Shown: piece after piece, positions 28,099 to 40,200 of the stretch
Layout of the letters: each line of letters begins with the position of its first letter
How positions within the stretch are numbered: position 1 is the stretch's first letter
Source: Phoronis australis
Lineage: Eukaryota > Animalia > Phoronida
DNA length: 64,000 nucleotides
Direction of reading: 5' to 3'
NCBI GenBank assembly: GCA_002633005.1
Contig: NMRA01000067.1
Location: 790,440 to 854,439 of the forward strand
The notes under the pieces: generated by a model
The model's input: the letters and a program-made list of their open reading frames with translations, nothing else
What the model was told of the DNA's origin: nothing
Database searches by the model: none
Program-made: the position numbers and the translations under genes

Positions 28099-31000
28099 TG
28101 TTGTATAGCTTAAGCATAGTTAGTTTATTTAGTTTCCAATAGATGGCGCTTGCATACATACATTGTCTGTCTGTTAGTCCTCAGTTCAGTAAAGGTCATA
28201 TCTGAAACTTCTGAGCTCTACTCTAAATGCTGATTTTGAATACACAAAATCGCTTATCGCAACATGGTGGTGACGTATATGGATGACTAACTGTACGTAG
28301 AACCCTCTGGTGACATTTTTGTGCTGATTGTGTGAACTCTGTCACAATCTGACACGGTACTGCTGACGGTGTGTTTACTACTGACGGTGTGTTTACTGCT
28401 GACGGTGTGTTTACTGCCAAGACACGTATCCGCCTTACAGTTCTCATTCTGTGACTGTTAATTGTACTGTAGATCCCCAACGCTCACAATGCCACCCAAA
28501 CCAGTCTGGCGTTAATCCTCCGTCTACCCCAGACTTATCAGGATTGTCTGCAAAGAAAAACTGGAAACTTTAAACAAAGTGGGAGAACTATTGCATCATA
28601 TCACAGTTTAGTGTACACCCTCTACCCTGGATCTTCTGTTACATGCTGTGGGTGACGATGGACTTAAGATCTACAATGGTTTTTAGTTTGACACTGAAGA
28701 GCCAATTGCCAAATTTGATGCTTTCGCAGTAGGTGACCTTAATGAAGCCTACGAACGTTTTGTCTTTAATCAGCGCAATCAAAGAGATGATGAAAATTTT
28801 GAACAGTTCCTAGCTGAGATATGGCTCATCATCAAGACATGCAACCACCCTGTTGAGTCCCAAAATTCCATATTGAGAGATCGTATCGTCTTTGGCATAA
28901 ATGACAAAGAAACAATGACGACTACTGCGTGAGGCAAGTCTAACCCTTGAAAAATGCATTCCGATCTGTAAAACAGCGGAAACTGCGGCTGAACAAGTGA
29001 AGGCATTACATCCAGAACCTGTTTTAACATGCGTAACTACCTACAGAAAACCTGCGCACAAACCTTCAGCCACGTCGGTGCCTATGGTCTGCAAATTCTG
29101 TGGTTTGATGCATTGTATGCCAAAAGCAGATTGTCCAGCCTGGGGCAAAATGTGCTTTAACTCCAATAAGTAAAATTATTTTGCGTCAAAATGCCCCACT
29201 GCTAGTAAGGTTCACAATGTGGTCACTGATGGGAGTGAAGATGGCTATTTGTTCACTGTAACTGGAGACAAAAAGCCTCGCATCACAGCCAAACTCATGG
29301 TAAACTGCAATCCTGTATATTTCTTGCTAGATACAGGTGCTGACATCAATATTATTAGCCAATGATTTGTAGTCTCTGGTGATATTCGACAAACCACTTG
29401 TAAAATCGTGATGTGGAGTGGTTCACGTGTAACACCAGTTGGTGTTTAATGAGCGCACTAACCAAACCCACGATGTAGTTTTTGTTGTCGTACCTGATGA
29501 CATGCGCTGTATACTAGGACTCAGAACAGTGCTCGACATGAATCTGATCACAGTTAATGACCACCACTTCTTATCATAAGTAGCAAAAGAAAATGTGTCT
29601 CGGTGACCTGGGTGAGGCCCATCTCTCTGTGACCAAGGTTATCAAACCTCGTGCTTTGCCATGTAGAAATGTACCTGTTGCACAGCGTGATTCCGTAAAG
29701 GAAGAAATCAACTGCCTGGTTACTTTTGGAGTCCTGGTACCCGTAACAGAACCTACTGAATGGGTCAGCCATGTGACTGCTGTTCACAAACCTAATAGCA
29801 AACTGCGGCTGTGCATTGATCCTCAGCCCCTGAACCAAGCATTGCTTAGGGAGCTTCCTACTGTGGACGACATACTGCTCATGCTAACACATGCTAAGGT
29901 GTTCTCAAAACTGGATGTGCAGAACGCATTTTGGCATGTATGACTGGATAGAGAGTCATCAGAACTTATACGATAACCCCTTTTGGATGTTTCTGGTGGG
30001 CAAGACTCCCATTTGGACTTTAAGTGTCCAGAGAAGTATTTCAACGTCAACTCACTGAAGCCCAGAGTGGGTTTTTAAGAAGGACTATTCACAATTGCAG
30101 ATGACATAGCTGTAATTGGATGCGAACAGACTAAGACCAAAGCAATGAAAGATCATGATAAGCTGAGACAACTCTTTGAACACTTTGAATAGAGACACAT
30201 TGTGTTAAACCAAGACAAGAAAGAAATCCAGAAATCTGAAATAACCTTCCACAGACATCTTTTCACTGACAAAGGTATAAAGCTGATGATCGCAAAATAG
30301 AAGCTATTTTCCATATGCCGCTGCCTGTTGATGTGTGGAACGGTGCAATAGCTCTCTCGATTTCTACCTGGTTTGTCTACTGATTTAGAAAATTTGCGTG
30401 CTCTGACAAGAAATGACTACATGGAACTGGTCCCGTGATTATGACGCTGCTTTGCAGGTGGTGAAAGCTTATCTGACACAGACTCCTGGTCTTGCTTACT
30501 TTGACAAAGATAAGGAAACCATTGTCCAAGTTGATAGCAGCAAAGATGGTGTGGGTGCTGTTCTCCTCCGATAAGGTCATCCAGTTGAATATATGCCTTA
30601 CTCGTTCCAACCTGAGAGAAACTGGGCCCAGATAGAGAAGGAATTTCTTTATGTTCTATTGGGACTAGAACATTTCGATCAGTATACCTATGGAAGGAAA
30701 ATCATCGTACAGAATGGTCATCGTCCTGTGTCAGCCATATTGAGGAGACCCCTGAGTCAAACTCCTAAGCGTCTCCAAGGAAGTCTTCTGATGAGACTGT
30801 ACTGCTATGATGTTGAATTTTAGTTTGTTAAAGGTTCCGAGCTGTGCATTGATGACACACTTATGTGTGCATTCCTGAATACTATTGACTATGAAGAAAC
30901 CTTGAACACGGACATCACAGATGCACGTCTTCAAGAAGTGCAGAAGGCAACTGATGATGATCCCCTGAGGTCCACTTTAAGGTTATGTATTCTGAATAGG

Positions 31001-31736
31001 TGGCCTAATAAACATTCCATGCCTGTTGAGCTGAGGTCAGTTACCACAGTATGTGCGACATCCTCTCGTGTGAAGATGGAATCATCCTAAAGGGTGAAGC
31101 GATTGTGATTCCCCTACGAGCTGCATAAGGACATAAAAGCTCGCCTACACTCTGCTCATCTTGGCTACAACAGCATGTTACGTCGTGCTAGGTCATTGGT
31201 ATACTGGCCCAGGATGACGGAGGACATCAAGAAGCATGTTGAATCCTGTACTCCATGCCAAGAACTTTGACCTCACAACCAATCGAAATCATTACGACTA
31301 TACAGAGTGATGGAAAGCCACCATATATACAAAAAGGTATGGAGTGACTGCTTTGAAATTAATGGACGACAATACATTGTTGTTATCGACCACTACTCCA
31401 GCTTCATAGATGTTGATTCACTTGAGACTGTCGCGGAAGTGATTGGATGTGTTTAAAGAAATATTTTACCCAATACGGTATCCCGACAACTCTTGTAACA
31501 GATTGTGGAGTGCAGTTCACTTCTCGTGAATTTGCCAACTTAACTACTACGTGGGACATAACACATGTGATGTCAACGCTAGGACACCACTAATGGAAAG
31601 GCTGAAGCAGCCTTCAAGGTCATTAAATACTTAACGCTAAAGGTGATGAAAGATGGAACAGACAGACAATGTATGTAAGCGAGTGCCATCTATCGGAAAC
31701 TAAATAAACTAACTATGCGTAAGCTACCACTCAAGA
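28099..31736 (+). mobile_element. Decayed Ty3/Gypsy LTR retrotransposon (5' LTR, gag, PR, RT, RNase H, integrase) ending in an inverted LTR fragment
   Basis: LTR TGTTG...CAACA at 28099-28264 followed by TGG (PBS position); gag Cys/His knuckles near 29090-29195; LDTGAD; LRLCIDP, KLDVQNAFWH, IADD; QIEKE; HSAHLG..CTPC, LVTDCGVQF, NGKAE; TSD AAGCG/AAACG. Confidence 0.92.
28359..28416. repeat. 18-bp tandem repeat (3 copies) in the Gypsy leader
   Basis: ACT(G/A)CTGACGGTGTGTTT repeated three times. Confidence 0.9.
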
Positions 31737-32250
31737 AAACGGAACCTCAAATATTCGGTTTGTGATACAAAAGCCTGCAGGCCTACACTTTTCCAGTGAG
31801 GGTCAAACTTGAATACTGGCCTCCTCAGTGTCTGGGATACCTCCACACGCTCCAATATTGACAAGATAGAAAATACAGCGTGGAGCAGCCAGGTTCATCC
31901 TAAATGGCCACTCCAAAAATTTCTCTCTGTTAAGTCTATGCTCACCACTCTCAGATGGCACATTCTTCAAGAAAGACATGCTCAAAACATGTGTACAAGA
32001 CCATAAACAGCCTGGTTGCCATTACCCTCACATACCTTCCACCCCTACATGTTTCCAGATCACCTAATTCCCACTCTCATACCTTTGAGATAACATACAT
32101 TTGAACTCCATACTTACGCAAACTGTTTCTTCTCATCTACTATTTTACTCNATAGTCTTGTTGAGTGAAACATCTGTTAGGATGGTAATTTGTTTATCGT
32201 GGTTAACAGTTGTTAATTTAGGTTTCTTAGTGCTACTTTCTTGTTTTTCA

Positions 32251-32491
32251 AAGAAAAGGGGATGTAATAGTATTGTGATTTGTACTGGAACTACACTTGC
32301 CTTATATGGCACAATTAGTTAGAATGGTTTATTATATAAGTCTTGCCAAACAGTTCTATGAAATGTGACTCATATGCATGTGGTCTTGTGTATTGCAAAA
32401 ACATGTTGTTGAACAGTAGTTAGTCAGTCCGCAATAAAGTAGTGTTCAAGTAAAGACGTCTTCTTCACTCCTCTCTCCACAAGCCATTACA
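32251..32491 (+). mobile_element. Polypurine tract plus 3' LTR of a second LTR retrotransposon; the body is not assembled
   Basis: AAGAAAAGGGGA immediately before TGTAAT (32263)...ATTACA (32491); AATAAA near 32433; single-N contig join at 32151. Confidence 0.8.
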
Positions 32492-33156
32492 ACCCCTGGG
32501 CTCATAGCGCTAAATCGTCGTGAGAGACCGTCCGGAGTTGGTATATGGTGCAACTCCGGACGGCCTGGGGTCAACAGAAAACCACTGTTCAACTGTGAGT
32601 CTACACCAATGTGATAAACGAGAGTATTTCTGCTTGCTGCGTCAGCTGCAGATATGCTTATCTCTTTTATGACACACAATGTGTGACAGGGCAAAGCGTT
32701 TTCAAAATAATATGGATAAATCAGCGAACACTGCAAACGTTTCCTTACCCTCAATGGATACACGATGAGCTATATATATTTATCTCATTGGTTTTAACCA
32801 ATCACAAATTCCTCCAATTCTTTAACACAAGTTACGGTAAAGGAGAGAATGAGTGACCATAAGGCCAATAATTACAAAAATTCTTTACACTGAACAAAAA
32901 TTTCACCTGATTGCCCAAATATATGTTCACTTCCAAGTTCACGCATACGCCATCTTGAGATTAAGCAGAATTCCAAGTTCACGCACAACAAATGTGCGTT
33001 CAGTAGAGGCTAGAACCTATGCTAGGACCTACGCTAGGCCCTAGCTAAAATCTAGTCAAGGTCACGTGTCTTCATTTAAAATGCACGGCAATATCTCACG
33101 TAATCTCGCGAAGTCTTGCTTTTTAGCGAGGTCCTAGCGTTACTGAAGGGGCTAAT

Positions 33157-36100
33157 CACGATGGGAATTTCCCATTATGTTGTTGTGTTACACCATCATG
33201 CACCTTTGATCAGCCTTCAACTATACACAACTCACGTCTTAGTCACGGATTTGGTCGAGGAGCAGGAAACATTGCACAAAATAGGTGAACTTGTTTGTTT
33301 ACAGTGCCTTTTCACTCCGTCGCAGGAAATTGTGAAGCTGGATATGCACAACAATAATTATTGGGACCATACGACCATATGCCGAGAATTTTTCGCTAAC
33401 ACTGGTCACCCTCACATTCCACCTCAGCCCCAGACAACTTTTGTGCTGCCTATTCAGCACCGCCTTTGTATTGATGTAGATCTGAGCCAATGAAGTGGAA
33501 AGGTAATAGCTGGCACTACTGTCTCAAAGATGGTTGTTGTTATTACAGCCAAATTGGTTTTCTCTGGCATTTGCATAGAGTTGGGCTGCAACTGTGGAGT
33601 ATTGCTGCCTGATGTCTGCATTACACACCAACAAAAAGTGCAGCATCTTTAAGGTAGTTCACATTACAGAAAACGCAAATTGTATTATAGTAATCTGGGC
33701 TTTGTGTGTTGTTTTTATTAAAGATACTATTATAAACTCCGTTTACCTTTCCAACAAACTCCTCTAGTGACTTCAGAGTTACTACTAGTTTTCATAGTTA
33801 AACACTGGATTGCATAGTTGAGTCGATGTGAATGTGTTATATTTCGCGACTTCTAGTCGGTGCCATGAATTTTATGATGACAATTGTCTTGCATCAGAAT
33901 CTCAACTGCTGCCTGCTGGTTTGGTAATGAAGCAGAATACTGGCAACATTGTTCAAAAGTTGTAGATTTTGAAAGTCACATTTGTTGTCCGATTTCCAAA
34001 ATTCAAAAACCTAACCAGGTGCACTTTTCACAAACTATTCGAATGTGCTATTTAATAGTTTTTGAAACGAAAATTTAAAAAATACTATTATCTCCTCCAG
34101 TGTGTTTATGAGGGGTCTGATATGTAGGAAATGACAACATAAGCAGCCTGTGGCATCCAGAGGCAACGTAATTGCTCACGATTACGTGGTGGCGTTTTTA
34201 TTGCCATTAAGAATACGTGAGCTCACTTGAACCCACTCTACTCACTGTTTGTAAAATGGTGTGTCTAGAGCTTAGGGTTTGCGGTTCCCGCGACATGTAC
34301 ATTGCTACATACTATCGCCCCCAGATGACACTGGTGATTCCATCGAACACCTCAGCTCTTCCACTAATAGAATTACAAATAAAAATGTCTGTGTTTACAT
34401 TGGTTGTGATTTTAACTGCCCTCACATTGACTGGAACAACTACTCAACCCTTCCAAACACGTCAAATATAAATCTCTGTGACAAACTTCTAGATGTCATT
34501 TAAGATGACTTCTCTGAACAAAATGTAACAAAACCTACCCGTGGAAACAACATTCTAGACCTCCTTCTAACAAACAATCCCTGTAGCATAGTTAAAACTG
34601 AGGTCATTCCTAGCCTTAGTGACCACGATATTGTCTTGATAGAAATCAAAGTAAATCCTGGTGCACATAAAACCCAGAAAAATCTATTCAATAAAGGAAA
34701 TATGATGAACTTAAAATATACCGGTACTTGACTACTTTTAAGGATCATAGTTCCTCCTCCGTAAACGACATGTGCACCGACTTTACAACACATGTTCGTG
34801 ATGCCACTGAACGTTTCATCCCCCACAAAAAACTACAAGACTAAAAAACCAAATTCCTTGGGTAAATCCTAAAATCAAAAAACTTAGAAAACGAGATAAG
34901 CTCTTTCGCTGCTCAAAACACACTGGAAATGAAACAGACAAAAAACTTCTTGAATCTCAGAAAACTAGTCCAACATTAAACTGGCAAAGCTAATACTGGA
35001 ACTACATCAACAATATAATTACACCTTCCCAAAGCCAAAAATATTTTACTCATTTATTAAAAGTCTCAACAAAGAATCACCCAATATTGCTCCTTTAAAA
35101 AATATGGCATCCTACACAACAACCCAAAAACAAAATCAGAAGTATTGAACACACACCTCTCCTCGGTCTTCACAAAAACAATACAGTTACACCCATCAAG
35201 GGCACAAGCCCCTTTAACTCCATGCCTGATATAACTTTCTCCACTGACGGTATCAGCAAAATGTTGCAGAACCTCAACCTTCATAAAGCTGCTGGGCCAA
35301 GTGAAATATCCCCTCACATTCTCAAGCAGCTGCAGAAGAAATTCAGGAAATTTTTACCAAATCCTACCAATCGTCAACAGTCCCGTCAGAATGGCGAACT
35401 GCAAGTGTAGCACTCATCTTCAAACTTGAAAAGACTATAAAACCTTGGCTTCAAATTACCATCCAATATTACTCACCTGCATCTGCTCCAAACTTATGAA
35501 GCACATAGTTGTCAGTAACATTATACCTCATCGTGACACAAATAATAACTTTACACCAGCGAGCATGTTTTTGTCACTTCCATTGATGAAATACTCCAAA
35601 CTATGGAGGCAGGCACTCAAACAGACACTGTGGTGCTGGACTTCTTCAAAGCCTTCGATAAGGTATCTCATCCAAGACTCTTGGAGAAGATGAGATACTA
35701 TGGTGTAAGGGGTCTCACCACATAGAGGTTGATTCACTTGAGACTACCACGAAAGTGATTGGATCTGTTTAAAGAAATATTTTGCCCGATACGGTATCCC
35801 GACAACTCTTGTAACAGATTGTGGAGTGCAGTTCACTTCTCGTGAATTTGCCAACTTAACTACTACGTGGGGCATAACACATGTGATGTCATCGCTAGGA
35901 CACCACTCTGGTAATGGAAAGGCTGAAGCAGCCTTCAAGGTAATTAAATACTTAATGCTAAAGGTGCTGAAAGATGGAACAGACAGACAATGTATGTAAG
36001 TGAGTGCCATCTATCGGAAACTAAATAAACTAACTATGCGTAAGCTACCACTCAACAAAACGGAACCTCAAATATTCGGTTCGTGAAACAAAAGCCTGCA

Positions 36101-36475
36101 GGCCTACACTTTTCCAGTGAGGGTCAAACTTGAATACTGGCCTCCTCACTGTCTGGGATACCTCCACACGCTCCAGTATTGACAAGATAGAAAATACAGC
36201 GTGGAGCAGCCAGGTTAATTCATCCTAAATGGCCACTCCAAAAATTTCTCTCTGTTAAGTCTATGCTCACCACTCTCAGATGGCGCATTCTTCAAGAAAG
36301 ACGTGCTCAAAACATGTGTACAAGACCATAAACAGCCTGGTTGCCATTACCCTCACAGACCTTCCACCCCTACATGTTTCCAGATCACCTAATTCCCACT
36401 CTCATACCTTTGAGATAACATACATTTGAACTCCATACTTACGCAAACTCTTTCTTCTCATCTACTATTTTACTC
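33157..36475 (+). repeat. Second copy of segment 24475-32150 (LINE/Gypsy composite) lacking two internal blocks
   Basis: Collinear direct match. Lacks about 24640-25248 and about 27627-31406. Homology extends leftwards through repeat A. Confidence 0.95.
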
Positions 36476-37016
36476 TAGAATAGACTCCCACAACATGCCA
36501 TCTCATCAGAAACAATGGAGAAGTTCAGGAGTCACATCTCAAACATCAACCTTACTCAGTAAACTTGTTTTTATCCTGGCACCACCCGCACTTTGTTTTG
36601 TTGTTATTTTCACTGTTACTGCACAGTTCAAATTCATCACTAACATGCGCCAACATTTAAGGATCAGTACTTCGATCGTTTGTTGAAACCGTAAGAAGAA
36701 CTTCATGGCATCTTTTGATCATTCCGGCACATTTTGCTGTACACAAACCGATCGAGTTTTAGTCCAGGAATTACTTTCTCCCACTGACCAAAATGCTGAA
36801 GTGCTAGTGGGAAAGCAGCATACAAGTTCACCAATAACTGAACTTGGTATATTCTTTACTTACAGGTATTGCCCTTACCGGGTAATGAAAAGGAGGATCT
36901 ATAAAGAAGGGGACTTGTCTAATTTGTTAATGGCTCAATATTGCTTGGCCATTACAGTAGTAACTGTTGATTTATGTCATACTCTTATTAGATTACTTGA
37001 CCTGAAGCGATTTTTA

Positions 37017-37247
37017 ATGGCATATTCAAAGTTAAGCACAGACTTAAATATTTTACCTAAGTTTGTGAAACAAGTGCCACAAAAATACAAGTGTGTAATA
37101 TGTCACGGTCCGCTGCGCTCCCCTGTACAGACAGTATGTGGACATCGTGTGGATGAAGAGTGCGTGGTCAAGTGGATCTCTGAGCATGGAGAATCGGGCT
37201 TTTGTCCTGCTGGCGAGGAGGACTGTCAACAAATATCTTATAAAAAT
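37017..37247 (+). CDS. TRAF3: TRAF coding exon 1 (RING finger)
   Basis: MAYSKLSTDLNILPKFVKQVPQKYKCVICHGPLRSPVQTVCGHRVDEECVVKWISEHGESGFCPAGEEDCQQISYKN. Likely acceptor AG at 36990-36991; donor GTAAGA at 37248. Confidence 0.9.
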
Positions 37248-40200
37248 GTAAGACTTAAGCCAATTTGTTGATACTGACTTCGAGACTGTCATGAAAGGAA
37301 GTTATTCTCATTCTGAAATTGCTGAGTGGCTATAAAACATCCTTGCACTAGACTCGGAGTTCTTCACTTACAGTACTTTATAGAACTGGTCTCAAATCGT
37401 CAGAGTCATTTGTTGTCTTTGCTTAAAGGCGAAGGCAACCTTTTTCCATGTCATTTTGAGCTAAAAAAAGGTTGGTTGGTTATCCTAGACATATTTTCCA
37501 CTTAATTACAGCTTTTCGTAATTTTATTAATTACTCGTCCGCTACTCCGGAAGTGACGTTTTAGGAGGCAAGCATTTCGCGCCAATTTCTTTTCATACAG
37601 TCTGACTGTGAGAGCTGCCGAGTCGGTCATTGTTCTACCTCGGTTGTGTTGAGTTCCGTCGTCGTTTGCTTTCATTTACTAGTCAGTCAACATGCCACAC
37701 TGTTGTTGCGTACCAGGATGTACTAATTATCGGCTCACGCGCGCTTTGGGAGTACCTTTGCATCGCCGTAGTTGGCTCGTTCGTGTATAGAACGCAGCGT
37801 TACCCGTCCACGCAACGTACAAAGCAGTGGAGAATTACCGTGTGTGTGGCAAGGGAAACAACGTCTGAAGAAGGANNNNNNNNNNNNNNNNNNNNNNNNN
37901 NNNNNNNNNNNNNNNNNNNNNNNNNNNNNNNNNNNNNNNNNNNNNNNNNNNNNNNNNNNNNNNNNNNNNNNNNNNNNNNNNNNNNNNNNNNNNNNNNNNN
38001 NNNNNNNNNNNNNNNNNNNNNNNNNNNNNNNNNNNNNNNNNNNNNNNNNNNNNNNNNNNNNNNNNNNNNNNNNNNNNNNNNNNNNNNNNNNNNNNNNNNN
38101 NNNNNNNNNNNNNNNNNNNNNNNNNNNNNNNNNNNNNNNNNNNCAGCCATTTTCAGCTTACAACACACTAAACAATCCCTAAATCCAACGTAGTTGAGTT
38201 CTCTACTAACCTATCTTGCCGCAGAATACTCGCCGATGGAAAGTGGTGGCGACAATTGTTGAAAAACAGCACAAAACAAAAGTAGAATAGAACAGATTCG
38301 CACGGGATAAGTCAACGCAAAACCAAGTGGCGGGAAACGCTTACCTCCTAAAACGTCACTTCCGGAGTAGCGGACGAGTAATTTATAAAATTACGAAAAG
38401 CTGTTATTAAGTGGAAAATATGTCTAGGATAACCAACCAACCTTATTTTAGGTCAAAATGACATGGAAAAAGGTTGCCTTCGCCTTTAAGCTTTCATACA
38501 GACTTAACTCCAGTCTGAAGCTTCGATGTAAACTGCCAAGTTAGCTGAACCATTCATACCGGCTTCGGTAGTTAATGGACATCATAGTAAACTGTAGGTG
38601 ACGCTGTCGTCATCGAAGTAATCGCAAGGTAGTGCTGATGCTTTGCATGCACACTAAAGTTTTTTTAATGTGACAATTTGGGAATATTTAATTGTGCTTA
38701 TTGACGTATTCTAATTCAATTGATTATTCAAGCAAAATATAAGCAACTATTAGCCACGACACTGCCCTTTAGTTGTTGATGATAAGAGTGACCCCTGGCG
38801 ATAACTTTGATGGAAGACCATCCATACTGCAGCGCAGCATCGACGCTCAGATGTTAAATTCACCTGTTTACTGCGAAGTTAACTGGCGCTGTTAACTTTG
38901 ATCAAGGACCGAACTTTACCGTTCAGACAGACAGCAACTCCCCAAAACGTCGATGCGTTGTCGTAACTATGAAAGGACCTTTAGTGTAAGTGAATGGGCA
39001 CGCAACAAGTGAACCTTTTGATGGGCTGTTATGTCTCCTTTCTGTTGTTAACAAGGGTTAGGGGGGTCTCCAGTTAAAGCTTTTTAAACTCCCTCATTAA
39101 GGTAATCAAAGATTTGTAGGTCTTGTTCAGGCAATATCAAGAACTATTGTTTTCCTTTAAAAGTATTATAGGCTGCTTCTGAATGTTTTAGGTGCATAAA
39201 GACACAAGAGCTCGCATAGAAATATCGAAGTTGCTCGTCTACTGTCGATACAGAAAATTTGGATGTCAGGTGACTCCCAGTTGGAAAGACCTTCAGGTAG
39301 GTTGACATTATTGAGAGTTCCAATTTAGAAGCGTTTTTGAGACAATGACTCTGACCTGGGCCTTTGGTGAAATCTGTGTTATCAAAACAGAGCTCAAAAT
39401 CATGTTTAATTTTGTGTTCTTTTGGTTTGAATTCAAGTGAAGTACCGTATATGTAATTCTGTGCTAGAGTACATTATGATTTTAAGCCACAAACTGAGCA
39501 AAAACTCGTGTTGAGTTTACTTAACTCAACAATTTCAATCGCAGGGTCATCAAGTACAAAGTATAAGACAGTCGTCAACTTAAACCACAATTTACTCGCT
39601 TATAGAATAATAGACATGTATCTTCACGTTGAACCAAAGTAGAGTAGAAAATGCCAAAAATAATTCTGAGTTCAGTTTTGAGTACAAAGATTACACCCTG
39701 GGCCCTGGTTGAAAATTGTCCAAGCTTTTGCTGAAGAATGAGGTTTTATCCTCTGACTGTCATTTTCCTTTTCTTTTTTTTGAGTGTGTTTGTAGTACTC
39801 TCAACTTTGTAGTTCTTTGAGTGCATGAATTTCAGAACGAAATTTTGGCTTTTCTCATCAGATATTGCTTATTTAGACCAAAAAAGCATACCATATTTGG
39901 TTCTAGTCTCTGTTTTTAGGCAGTTGAGTATTTTTAGTTGCTCACAATTTCAAAAAAGAAAATCACCTGAGACGAGCAAAAATTATGCAGAATTTTGTTT
40001 TTTGCTCATCGCTCGGCAAACCTTGCTTACTCTTTGTTACGCACATTTCTGAAGCTTTTTTGAAAAAACAGTCTTGCCCCACAGATATGGTGAGCTGTAT
40101 AGCAGGTTAACACAGAGTTGTGCCTTGTGTTTCAAGAAGGGCTTTTTTGAACGCAGGCCCGAAAATAGGGCAAATATCCGACTGTTGATTGCTTAGCTAA

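Larger units (their letters stand above)
26080..32150 (+). mobile_element. Decayed CR1/RTE-X-like LINE ORF2 (copy 1), interrupted by the Gypsy element at 28099-31736
   Basis: AYYRPP, DFNCPHIDW, ILDLLLTN, SDHDIV (endonuclease); KAAGP, KAFDKV, GVPQGSVLGP, LFADD (RT); KANRTLGFTK|RNLK resumes after the insertion; many stops and frameshifts. Confidence 0.92.

Noticed and set aside
36705-37016. N-terminal extension of the TRAF ORF shown in the ORF track
   Set aside because: No TRAF similarity. A good acceptor at 36990-36991 suggests intron or UTR read-through.
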